Virus record (IMG/VR): IMGVR_UViG_3300002835_000018 | DNA length: 64,000 nucleotides | DNA from: a virus | Direction: 5' to 3' (one strand) | Shown here: positions 44,187 to 54,700 of the stretch, piece after piece | How positions within the stretch are numbered: the stretch's first letter is position 1 | How the letters are laid out: each line of letters begins with the position of its first letter | The notes under the pieces: model-generated | Seen by the model: the letters and a program-made list of their open reading frames with translations, nothing else | Told to the model about the DNA's origin: nothing | Databases searched by the model: none | Position numbers and translations under genes: made by a program

Positions 44187-45152
44187 ATGGGAACATTGTC
44201 AAAATTTGCTGGAGTTGTTAATTATGGCGACCCATTATTTTCAGACACATTAGAATCGTCTGTTTATATGTTTATGCAAGCAGCTTTTTTGAACATTGGT
44301 GCTTTTACTAATGTTGTTATACCTACTGGAACATACCCATCTGGTGTTGGATCACATTCTTTTGAGCCTTATAAGCTTAGATTGGCAAGAGATCCAAGAT
44401 ATACATCAGGAAAAGCTTGGGAAGGCATCAGGTCTGAATGGGTTTGGGAATCATCTATTGATTATACAACTCAGCCGATATCTATTAGTGGTGTTTTTGT
44501 AAACAATAGCTTTTATGAAAATACTACTACTGGCCCCTCTGGTTTTAAAATAAACTATCCAGAAGGCAAAATAGTATTTAACACAGCACTACCAGCAACT
44601 TCAGTTGTTAAATGTGCTCATTCATATAGAAATGTTAGGGTTGCATCATCAGACACCAATTGGTTTCAATCTGTGCAATTCAACAGTTTTCGTGGGGATG
44701 ATGTTCAATTTTCTCAGAAGGGTTCTGGAACTTGGGATATTTTGGCAATGAATAGGGTGCAGCTTCCTGCTGTTGTTTTAGAGTCATTACCAGCAGTAAA
44801 TATGAAACCATATGAACTTGGTTCAATAAATAGGGTTCATTATCAAGATGTTTTTATGCATGTTATAGCGGAAACACCTTGGGATAGAAAACAAATACAC
44901 GACATAATTGTAAATCAGTATCAAAAAAGGATATCTTTAATAAATAAGAAAAAATTATTGGCAGATAATAAATACCCTCTTAATTTTGAAGGCAATATAG
45001 CACCTTCTGGTATAACTTATGATCAAATGTTGACCACTGGATACAGTTTGCAGCCTGTTTCTTGGGATAAAATTAGATCTCAAGAGCAAATTACTGCACC
45101 ACCAATGTTTGCAGCAACCATTAGGGTTACTTTCTCAATAGATTCTTTATGA
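44187..45152 (+). CDS. Probable tail terminator protein
   Basis: QLPAVVLE...PYELG...DVFMHVIAE...DRKQIHDII pattern; precedes the tube gene. Confidence 0.5.
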   Translation: MGTLSKFAGVVNYGDPLFSDTLESSVYMFMQAAFLNIGAFTNVVIPTGTYPSGVGSHSFEPYKLRLARDPRYTSGKAWEGIRSEWVWESSIDYTTQPISISGVFVNNSFYENTTTGPSGFKINYPEGKIVFNTALPATSVVKCAHSYRNVRVASSDTNWFQSVQFNSFRGDDVQFSQKGSGTWDILAMNRVQLPAVVLESLPAVNMKPYELGSINRVHYQDVFMHVIAETPWDRKQIHDIIVNQYQKRISLINKKKLLADNKYPLNFEGNIAPSGITYDQMLTTGYSLQPVSWDKIRSQEQITAPPMFAATIRVTFSIDSL

Positions 45153-45156
45153 TTTT

Positions 45157-45167
45157 GGTGTATTTGT
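45157..45167 (+). promoter_or_regulatory. Late promoter box GGTGTATTTGT
   Basis: Intergenic, before the major tail gene. Confidence 0.7.
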
Positions 45168-45218
45168 TAGGTGAGGGGCAGTTTTGTTTGGACAGACAAT
45201 ACACTTAGGAGAAAAGAA

Positions 45219-46310
45219 ATGTCAAATAGAAGAATTTTTTATGCTTGCCAAGCTGTAGGTATTGGCGGTGACGGTGTTGAACTTAATAGTGCAAACTTCC
45301 GTGAAATTCGTGGTTTACAAAGCGTTGGTATTAATACCACCTTTAATCTTGAACAAGTTTTTGAAATCGGTATGATTTCAATCTATGAAAACATCGAAAA
45401 TATTCCAGATGTTGAAATAACTCTTGAAAAAGTTCTTGATGGTTTCCCATTGATTTATCATCTTGCTACCAGTGATGGTTCCACTAGTGCTACCCTTGTT
45501 GGTAGATCTAATGCAAAAGCTGGCCTAGCACTTTCTATTGTTGATGATACTTTTGAAGCTGCTTCTGGAACACCAAACACAACTTGCTTTATCTCTGGTT
45601 GTTTTGTTAGCCAAGTTAGCTATAAAGTTGCAGTAGATGGAAATGCTACTGAATCAGTAACTTTGGTTGCCAACAATAAAACTTGGTCAACTGGCACTAC
45701 TTGGACTGCTGATTTCCAACCAGTAGATGTTCCAGGAACAGGTGCTGTTCCAGGAAGTACTTGGGATGCTGATCCATATGATGATGCAACTGCATCTGCT
45801 GGTCAAATTGCCTCTGGTATTGCTCGTAGGCAACATGTTGACATGGCTCAATCATTGTTTCCAAAATGTATTCCTGGTATTGATGGAACAGGTAAAAACA
45901 CTTTGGATAGTATTCTTAAGTGCTATAAAACATCTTTCCAATCTTTTTCGACCTCTGCTAATCTTGGTCGTGAACAGATTCTTGAGCTTGGTCGCAAAGC
46001 ACCATATTTCCGTTATGTTAAATTTCCAGTAGCAGTTACTTGCGAATTGGCAGTTATAAGCAAGAACGGTGATCAAATTGGTGCAACTGAAGATGGTGTT
46101 CTTGGTAACGGTAAAAACCTTAATGATGAAACCATTAAGTTGTATTTAACCGAAGGCACTGTTATTGATCTTGGTGGCAAGAACAAGTTGCAGTCTGCTA
46201 ATTATCAAGGTGGTGGAACTGACGGTGGCAATGCTACTGTTACTTACAGCTTCCAGACCTTTAATGATTTCAAGGTTACGCACACTAAAGATCCTGGTTC
46301 TTTTTCGTAA
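45219..46310 (+). CDS. Major tail (tube) protein
   Basis: Start revised to MSNRRIF; two internally repeated halves (LEQVFEIG / REQILELG); own promoter and terminator. Confidence 0.7.
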   Translation: MSNRRIFYACQAVGIGGDGVELNSANFREIRGLQSVGINTTFNLEQVFEIGMISIYENIENIPDVEITLEKVLDGFPLIYHLATSDGSTSATLVGRSNAKAGLALSIVDDTFEAASGTPNTTCFISGCFVSQVSYKVAVDGNATESVTLVANNKTWSTGTTWTADFQPVDVPGTGAVPGSTWDADPYDDATASAGQIASGIARRQHVDMAQSLFPKCIPGIDGTGKNTLDSILKCYKTSFQSFSTSANLGREQILELGRKAPYFRYVKFPVAVTCELAVISKNGDQIGATEDGVLGNGKNLNDETIKLYLTEGTVIDLGGKNKLQSANYQGGGTDGGNATVTYSFQTFNDFKVTHTKDPGSFS

Positions 46311-46331
46311 CGGTTAATTGATTTAATAAAC

Positions 46332-46367
46332 GAGTCGCAAGTAACCCTTGCGACTCCTTTAATTTTT
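46332..46367 (+). terminator. Intrinsic terminator
   Basis: GAGTCGCAAG-TAACC-CTTGCGACTC followed by CTTTAATTTTT. Confidence 0.8.
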
Positions 46368-46378
46368 AGGAACATTGG

Positions 46379-47425
46379 ATGGAACAGGCAATAAAGGAAC
46401 TCTACATTAGTAGAATCATTTCTGGATTTTTTCGTTGCAAAGTAAACGGAAAAGTTTATCTAATAAAACAACCAGATCGCCATACAAGACATATCGCACA
46501 AGAGATATATTTAGAAGCATTGCGAGATGCTGAATTAGATGGTTTATATAACGACAAAGAAATAAAAGAATTTTTATACGAAAACTCAATTTGGTCTGAA
46601 GAAAAAGAAAACGACTTAAAACAAGTTCAACAAGATATAGAAGACTATAAAGTAAAACTTTTTCAAGCAGCTTTCAAATCTGAAGAAAGAAAAGTTCTTA
46701 GAAAATTTTTAAGTATGGCAAAAGAAAAAATGTCTGAGTTACTACAACAAAAAAATTACTACAATCACCTATCGTGTTCTGGAACAGCCTCAATGATGAG
46801 GATTCGTTATCTAGTTGGTAAAAGCCTATATAATGAAGATGGCACTAGGGTTTGGGAAAACGATGACTTTTGGAAAAATGTAGAACCTTTGCTAGAAGAA
46901 GTTACAACAATTTTTATAGACAGTAGAATAAGCGAAGAAGACTTTAGGGAGATGGCTAGAACAGAGCCTTGGAGATCTACTTGGTCTTGCAAGAAGTGTG
47001 AACGAGAAGTTTTTGGTGTTCCAACCGTAGATTTAACAGAAGATCAAAAATCTTTAGTGATTTGGTCTACTATGTATGATAATATTTATGAACACCCAAG
47101 TTGTCCACAGCAGGAAATAGTTGACGATGATGACTTGATAGATGGATGGATGATTGTGCAAAGGAAAGAAAGACAGAAAAATCAAACAAAATTACAAGTA
47201 GAAGACCTGATATCTAATGATAAGATTAAGAATAGCGGAGAAGTTTTTGTTATAGGGCAATCAAAAAGTGATCGAGAAAGAATTGATTCATTGAATGATG
47301 ATAATGCAAAAAATATAAAAAGACAAAGATTGAAAATGATTCAAGAAAAGGGTTTTTTAAACGAAGTAGACATGCCAGATACAAAACTTGATTTACAGAT
47401 GCAATCTAATAAATTAAGGAGATAA
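46379..47425 (+). CDS. Probable tail assembly chaperone
   Basis: Between tube and TMP; C-terminal YDNIYEHPSCP..EIVDDDDLIDGW. Confidence 0.45.
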   Translation: MEQAIKELYISRIISGFFRCKVNGKVYLIKQPDRHTRHIAQEIYLEALRDAELDGLYNDKEIKEFLYENSIWSEEKENDLKQVQQDIEDYKVKLFQAAFKSEERKVLRKFLSMAKEKMSELLQQKNYYNHLSCSGTASMMRIRYLVGKSLYNEDGTRVWENDDFWKNVEPLLEEVTTIFIDSRISEEDFREMARTEPWRSTWSCKKCEREVFGVPTVDLTEDQKSLVIWSTMYDNIYEHPSCPQQEIVDDDDLIDGWMIVQRKERQKNQTKLQVEDLISNDKIKNSGEVFVIGQSKSDRERIDSLNDDNAKNIKRQRLKMIQEKGFLNEVDMPDTKLDLQMQSNKLRR

Positions 47426-47427
47426 AA

Positions 47428-47811
47428 ATGGATGTTGAAAAACAAATGCAGGATGCGTTAAGATTAAGTCAGGAGGAAAATGAAAAGGGTAAAAAAAAAT
47501 ATCAATCAGATTCAAGAGCTAGGCTTTTTAAAATTACTAGCACAAAAGTTAGGACTGCCTTTATTGGTGCGTTATCTTCTTTTGAGCAAAATTTTGGAGA
47601 GCTTTGGGGGCATCGCTTGCCAGAAAGTGAACTGACAGATGAACAGTTAGAATGGAAGCAATTATGGGAAGAATGTAGAACGGCAGTACTCAACAACGGT
47701 AATCATCAAATAAGAGCAGTAGAAAATGAGATGGGCCAGTATGCGATTTCTTGGAATAGACACCAGACTTTTCTAAAAACAAAGGAGGACAAAGATGAGT
47801 GTCAACGATAA
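47428..47811 (+). CDS. Hypothetical protein
   Basis: 127 aa; AAGGAG RBS. Confidence 0.7.
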   Translation: MDVEKQMQDALRLSQEENEKGKKKYQSDSRARLFKITSTKVRTAFIGALSSFEQNFGELWGHRLPESELTDEQLEWKQLWEECRTAVLNNGNHQIRAVENEMGQYAISWNRHQTFLKTKEDKDECQR

Positions 47812-48658
47812 CAAGAAGGTTTTTAAGGTAACTCTTGATAGCAAAGAGATGGAATTGTGCGTAATTCGCCCTAATGTCAAACAACGACAAGAAGGGCAAA
47901 AGACATACAATAAGGCATTTCGGGATGCAGTCGAATCAGGTGCTATCCTTCGTGCTAAAGTAAACAATGTGATGCGAGAGCAGAACTTGTGGGATGACAA
48001 TAAGGAAGCTCAGTATAAAAAATTAATTGAAAAAATTAATTCTAATGAAAGAAAGATCAAGTCTGGCGGTATTAAACTGTCTGAGGCAAAGGACTTAGCC
48101 CTTCAAATGAAGAAAGACAGGGCTGAACTTAGGTCGCTTACATCTGAGCGTTCTTCGTTAGATTCAAATACTGCTGAAGGTCAAGCAGATAATGCACAAT
48201 TCAATTACTGGGTTAGTGCTTGTACGGTGTATTCAGATACGGGTAAAACTTATTATGCTAGTTATGAAGACTATCTAAATAGGGATGATGACCCAGTAAC
48301 TAATCCAGCAGCAAGTAACCTAGCGTTGATGCTGTATAACCTTGATCCAGACTACGAAAAAAAGCTTCCAGAGAATGAATTTCTTAAGAAGTACAAGTTT
48401 GTAGATCAAGACTTGAATTTTGTTAATAAAAGTGGCCACAGGGTTGATTCCGAAGGAAGATTAGTCAACAAAGATGGCAGATATATCAATGAAAAAGATG
48501 AACTAATTGATATTCATGGCAATCTGGTTGATGAAAAAGGGGAGTATATTGTTGAATTTACTCCATTCTTGGATGATGAAGGCAAGCCCTTGGCTGAAAA
48601 AGCTGAAAAGGTTCAAGCGGTTGAACCTGTTGAAAAGAAAGATATCGAAAGTAAGTAA
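47795..48658 (+). CDS. Probable tail assembly chaperone
   Basis: Directly upstream of the TMP; coiled coil; 7-aa (V/I)(D/N)xxGxx repeats near the C-terminus. Confidence 0.45.
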   Translation: MSVNDNKKVFKVTLDSKEMELCVIRPNVKQRQEGQKTYNKAFRDAVESGAILRAKVNNVMREQNLWDDNKEAQYKKLIEKINSNERKIKSGGIKLSEAKDLALQMKKDRAELRSLTSERSSLDSNTAEGQADNAQFNYWVSACTVYSDTGKTYYASYEDYLNRDDDPVTNPAASNLALMLYNLDPDYEKKLPENEFLKKYKFVDQDLNFVNKSGHRVDSEGRLVNKDGRYINEKDELIDIHGNLVDEKGEYIVEFTPFLDDEGKPLAEKAEKVQAVEPVEKKDIESK

Positions 48659-48681
48659 TAACGGACAGTATCTTCAAAGAT

Positions 48682-48730
48682 GGGTAGTGAGTAATCGTAC
48701 ATTTACGCTTATTCCCTGCCCTTTTTTATT
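48682..48730 (+). terminator. Imperfect hairpin and T-run before the TMP (possible attenuator)
   Basis: GGGTAG...CTGCCC followed by TTTTTTATT. Confidence 0.4.
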
Positions 48731-48741
48731 GGGGTGAAAAA

Positions 48742-51700
48742 ATGGCTTTTAATTTAACGGCACAGTTGAGTGTAGCATTAAATACGGCATCTTTAAAAAA
48801 TGCTGCTAACACTATCAATAGTCAATTGAAAGATGTTGGTGCAGTATCTTTGGGTATACCAAAAAATGATGCAGATAATTTAAGATATATTAAAGTGCAA
48901 GCAGCAGAAGCTAGTACTGCTATGGAACAGTTTGGTAGACAGTCAGGTTTAGCTGCTAAAAGATTTGTTGCTTTTACACTTACTGCTGGAGCTATTATCA
49001 CTTTTACATCTTCTCTAAAGCAAGCATTAACTGCTGCTGTAGAGTTTGATCGTGAAATGGTTAGATTGACTCAGGTTTCTACAGACAGTGTTGGACAAGT
49101 TGGTGCTGTAGGTAATGAAGTAAGTAGACTGTCAAAGAATTATGGCGTTTCCAGCAAAGACCTGCTTACAACGGCAGTGACATTAAAACAAGCTAACTTA
49201 AGTTTAGCAGACACTAAGGTTGCACTTGAAGCATTGGCTCAAGCTGCATTAGCCCCAAGCTTTGACAACCTGAGAGATACTACCGAAGGTGCTATTGCGG
49301 TTATGAATCAGTTTGGCATAAGTGCAAAAGACTTGGGTAATGCTCTCGGTGCAATCAATGCTGTTGCTGCTGAATTTGCTGTTGAAGCTCAAGACTTAAT
49401 TGAAGGTGTTCGTAAAGCTGGTGGTGCTTTTAAATCTGCTGGCGGTGACTTAAATGAATTTTTAGCATTATTCACATCAATTAGGCAAACAACTAGAGAA
49501 AGTGCAGAAAGTATTGGTACTGGCCTTAGAACTATATTTACTAGGGTACAGCGTAATGAAACTGTTGAAGCACTTAAGGATATTGGCGTACAGCTAAGAT
49601 ATACGGCAGACGAAGCTAGGGCTGCTGGCGATTTGGGTCTTGCAAATCAATTTGTTGGACCATATGAGGCTGTTAAAAGGCTTTCTGGTGCTCTTAATGA
49701 GCTTAGATCTACTGATCCAAGGTTTAGTGCCATTATCGAAGAACTTGGTGGATATAGGCAGATCTCCAAGGTTATACCACTTATTCAAGAATTTGGTGTC
49801 GCACAGAAAGCTTTAGGTATCGCCCAAATAGGTGGTGCTTCTCTTGCTCTAAATGCTGCACAAGCACAAGAGGCTTTTGGCGTAAAAATACAAAAGGTTA
49901 AAGAAGAATTTGCAGATTTTATTAGAAATCTTACCAATACATCTTCGTTTAGATCGCTCATAGATTTACTTCTTGGTGCTGCTTCTGCTGGTATTGCACT
50001 TGCTGATTCTTTAAAAGGAATTTTGCCAGTTATAACTGCTATTGCAGCAGTGAAGACGGTTCAAAGTTTAACTAGTTTTACAAAGGGTTTTGCTAGTACG
50101 GCTTTTGCTCCTGCACCAGCAAGTCAACCAAGTACTTTTTCTCCATTTTTGCCAACTGGGGGAAGAAAAGCTTCTGGTGGAATAATTAAAATGGCAAAGG
50201 GTGGAATTGTACCAGGAGTTGGTAGGGGAGATAAGGTTCCTGCATTGTTAGAACCTGGTGAGTTGGTTATTCCAAGAAATCGTTTTGATATGGGTGGAAA
50301 AGTATTAGATGTTATTAAAGAAACTGGTAAAACATCATTAAATGATTTATATGATCCAGAATTAGATGCGTATAAATTTATTGGACAAATAAAAAGAAAT
50401 AAATTAGGCAAATATGATAAATATAGAAAAGATTCGGAAAGAATGTTAAACGCTGGAAAAAATGTTTATGAAAATGAAATGGCTAATCCTAAATCAACTC
50501 CACAAAAAGCTGTTGAAAAAGCTAATTCTGCTGTTACAAAAGCTTTTGGAAGAAAGGTTGTGGGTGGAAGAGATAATTTTTTAGGTCAACTTGGGGAAAA
50601 TTATTTTAAGGTTAAAATCGGAGAAGGTAGTCAAAGTCAATACAATCAAATTGCTGGAGCTTTAGGCGAAGCCGATACTGCTAAAAAATTAAGAAGAAAT
50701 CCACAAACATCTAATTATGTAAAACTTCCAAATCAACAAGGAATGGATTTTATAGGTGACGATAAGTTAATTGAAACAAAGGTAACGAAAAATCAAGTTC
50801 CAGACATAGAAATTATAGCCAAGGCATTATTATATGAGGGAAAACTTGCTAATATAAATCCAAAAAGTTCTTATAAAAATCAAAGAGATGATTCAATTAA
50901 TTTATCTAATTTATCAGTATACGAATCATTTGAAAAAAAATTAGCTCTTGGAGGTTTAGTTCCAGGCGTTGGTAACACTGATAGTGTTCCATTAGATTTG
51001 CCAATTGGTTCTTATGTAATTAAAAAATCTTCAGTTAATAGCATAGGTGCTTCAAACTTATCTCGACTTGGAAGGGCTAGTGGTGGGGTTATTCCATCGT
51101 TGGTTATGCCAGGAGAATACATTTATACTCCAGATGAAACAAAGAAAATTGGAGTTCCTAACTTAGACCATATGAATACGACTGGCAGAAAGAAATTTGC
51201 TAGGGGTGGTTATGGCAGTTTAACAAAAGAAGAAATAAAAATTGCAAAACAGGTTGAAGGACAACTTAGGATACCAACAAATAAAGCAGAAAAAAGACAG
51301 AACAGACAAGAAGCAATAGCTGTTGCAGAAGATGTTACCAATACAACTAAACAAGTAAAAGCACTTGAACCTATTTATAAACAGCAAGCTAATAAGGTTG
51401 CTCAAGGTCAAAAAAATGAGGAAAACATAAATGCTGCAAGAGCAGAAATTCTAAAAACAATGGAAGAAAGAAAGGGAATATTAAAAGATGTTAAAGCAAA
51501 AGAACAAGAAGAAAGAGATATTCAAGCTAGACACATATCAAACGCTAAAGCTAAAGAGCAAGAAATTAGAGGTCTTGAAACTCAAAAAAGAGGTGTTGCT
51601 GTTGGAAGTAGAGAAGAAAAAGCAATTGATAAAAAGATACAAGCTGCAACAAGAGTTAAAACAAACTATGAAAACTTAGCAGCTAATAAGCAAGCAAGTA

Positions 51701-54700
51701 TTGATGCTGCTGCTTCAACAACAGCAGAAGCACAAAAAAATGTTGGTCAAAGTGTAAACAATTTAAAACAAGTAAATCAAAGTGCTGCTAGAAATAAAGC
51801 ATTCGTTGATCAGGCACAAAAAGATCTGGAAAAAACAGGATCAGAAATTAATGCATTAAAGAACAAATATAAAGATAATCCAGATGGAAATATTACAAAA
51901 GATGGAAAAGTAATAACATCAACTTATGGCGATGCTTATAAAAAAGAAATAAGGAAAGAACTTTCTAATTATAAAAAACTTTATGGCGAAGAAGCAACTG
52001 GTGGCACTCGTAAAGAAATTAGAGAAAATACTGCTCAAAGATTGAAGGCTGGTTATTTTAATCAAATAAAATCTTTTTCTGAAGCAAAAGGTTTAGAATT
52101 TGATGAAAAGTTTGCAAATAAGCAAGCTCAACAAATGGCTAGGGAAACCGTTGCTGGAAGAAGAAAGTTTGAAGTTTCATCTAAGGGCGAATTTTATGAT
52201 CCAGTTTTGGCCAATAGGTTAAAAACACAAGGTTATACAGAAACAGGTCAAAAGAAAATACTCAGAAAAGTTACTGATTTTGGAAAAGGTCTTGTTTCAA
52301 AAGAAGGTCTTCAAAATAGTTCTTTTGCTGTTAGTAGCGGTATTGGTCTTATAGCTTCAGCAGTAGGTCCACAAGCAGAAGATTATAAAAAGGCTGTTGC
52401 TGGTGGAGCAGAAGGTGAAAGCATAGTAAAGGCTGGTGCTGGAATTTCTGGTGGTTTAACAGGTGCTGCTACTGGATTGGCGATTGGAAGTTTTGCTGGT
52501 CCTTTTGGTATGGCTGTTGGTGCATTGATTGGTGGATTTACTGGTATAGTATCAGGTTTAACTGATGCTAAAAAACAAATCTCAAGCATAAAATTAGAAG
52601 AAGCTGGCAATAAGTTGAAAAATGCTTTTGAAGTTGCTGCTGCATCATTTGGAAAAATATCACAAGAAAATCTTAATGAAATTACAACCCTTCAATCAAA
52701 AATTGATGACGAAATTTCAACAAAAAGTGCAGCTTCTACTACCTTTTTTAGTAGAAAAAGTTATGCAAGTCAAGAAGCAACAAATACTGCTGTAGAAAGA
52801 AGAAATCAATATGCTGCACAAGCTGGTGGTATAAATGCCCTTTTGTCAAAACAACTTCAAGAGGATATAAAAAGTTCGCCTGTTGTTAGAGATGAGCAGG
52901 GAAAAAGAAAACCATATGAAATTGAAGGGTTTTTTAAAGATAGTGCAAACATAAGTCAGATTGCAAGATTGGCAATTGGTTTAGATCAACCAATAAGTAA
53001 GATTAAAAAACAGCTTGAAACATTTGCAAAAGATTTTGAGAAACAACAAAATGCTGCTAAAAGTCAAGCACAAGCAATTGAGGGGGCACAAAAATTAAGT
53101 ATAGCATTTTCTCTTATTGCTGATGCTTCAACTAATGCTGCTAATACGCTCAACAATTTAACACCAGCTTTTCAAACTATAACTGATTCACTATCTTCAA
53201 ATTTTTCAGTATCGCAAAAACAAAAAATATCAAATGAAATTCAATTGCCTTCCATAGACCCAACTGGGTTTAAGACTAATTTAAAAAATATTACTGGCGG
53301 TCTTGGTTCATCGGGAGAAAATCTACAATCTTCTGGAACAGTATTGGCAGAAATGTCTTCAATACTCCCCAATATTCTTGCGAATATAAGACCAAATGAT
53401 ATGGGTGGTGGTAAAGATCCACAATCAGCATTGCGTAGTGCTTTGACTCAACAATTAAAAGGTGTTGGTGGTCTTGATGAAACCCAAATACAAAGCTATG
53501 TAAATTCAGTCGTTGGAAAAATGGGTGAAGACTTTACAAAAATGCTTTCAGAGTCTGGTGGCGATTATAATGAACTTGCAAAAAAATTAATGTCAAATGT
53601 TTCTGATCCATTCTTAAATGCTTTTAAAACCATAACGGTTAACTTAGAAAAAGCAGCAGACACATATGTTGCTGGAATAAATAAATTAGTTCAAGCAACG
53701 CTTACAACTGTGCAGGAATTTGATAAGCTTTCAAAAATTCAACAGCAAACAAGAAATATTAGGACAAATATAGCTATTGAAGATGAGGTAAAAAGACAAA
53801 AAAAAGCAAGACCATTTTCTGATGTGAATGAAAATGTAATAGGTTTGAATATGACAAATGTGGCAGATCAAACTCAAGCATTTAGAGAACAACAGGCTAG
53901 ATTAGCTGGCGTTAATGTAAATGGTCAACAATTGACACCAGATGAAATACAAGCAAAAATAGAGCAAAATAGAGCCAGAACAGAACAGGCACAAACAAAA
54001 CAAAACAATTCAAAATTAACTGCTACAGAAGGCAGGGGCGATTATGTTGAAGCAACAAATGAATTAGGTAGATTAAAAGTAGAGGCTTCTCTTCTTAACC
54101 AAGCTATGAAAAATCTTGCTGATTCAACCGAAGAGATTTCTGCGATTGAGCAAAGGGTTGGAAAAATAAGACAAGAAATAGCAAAAGAAGAACAAGATAA
54201 TGCAAGAAAACAATCTGAAACAGAAAACAAAGGTGAAAAATTATTAACATCGTCACCAGAACAATTGCAAAGGCTTCAAGCTGGAAGTCAATTAGCAAAT
54301 GTAGCAAAATCAATTGGTGGAAATCTTTTGAGGTTTAATGTTGAACAAAGAAAAGCTATTTTTGAATATTTAGATTTTTCTGGAGATGAAGGCAAAAAAT
54401 TAAAATCTCAATTTTTACAAGCAAGTGGTTTTGTTTCTAAACCAGAAACAGCAATGCAAGATAAGTTTGGTCCACAATTAGCACAATTAAATCAACAGCT
54501 TCTTGCAGTAATGGCGGTAAGAGAACAGGCACAGATAAATATAATAAAAGATCAGCAAACTTTGCAGGGAGAATTTTTTACAAAACTATCTGCACAAAAT
54601 GAAGTTTTCTTTACAAGACTAGGGCAACAATTGTTAATGCCACAAGTGGCTCAACAACAGCAGATTCAATTAGAAAGCAATGCAAAATTAGTAGATATGA

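Noticed and set aside
48350-48737. Programmed frameshift in the tail chaperone (A AAA AAG near 48357) and ORF 48507-48737
   Set aside because: The -1 frame hits TGA within a few codons. The overlapping ORF is in the +1 frame and has no evident shift signal or RBS.
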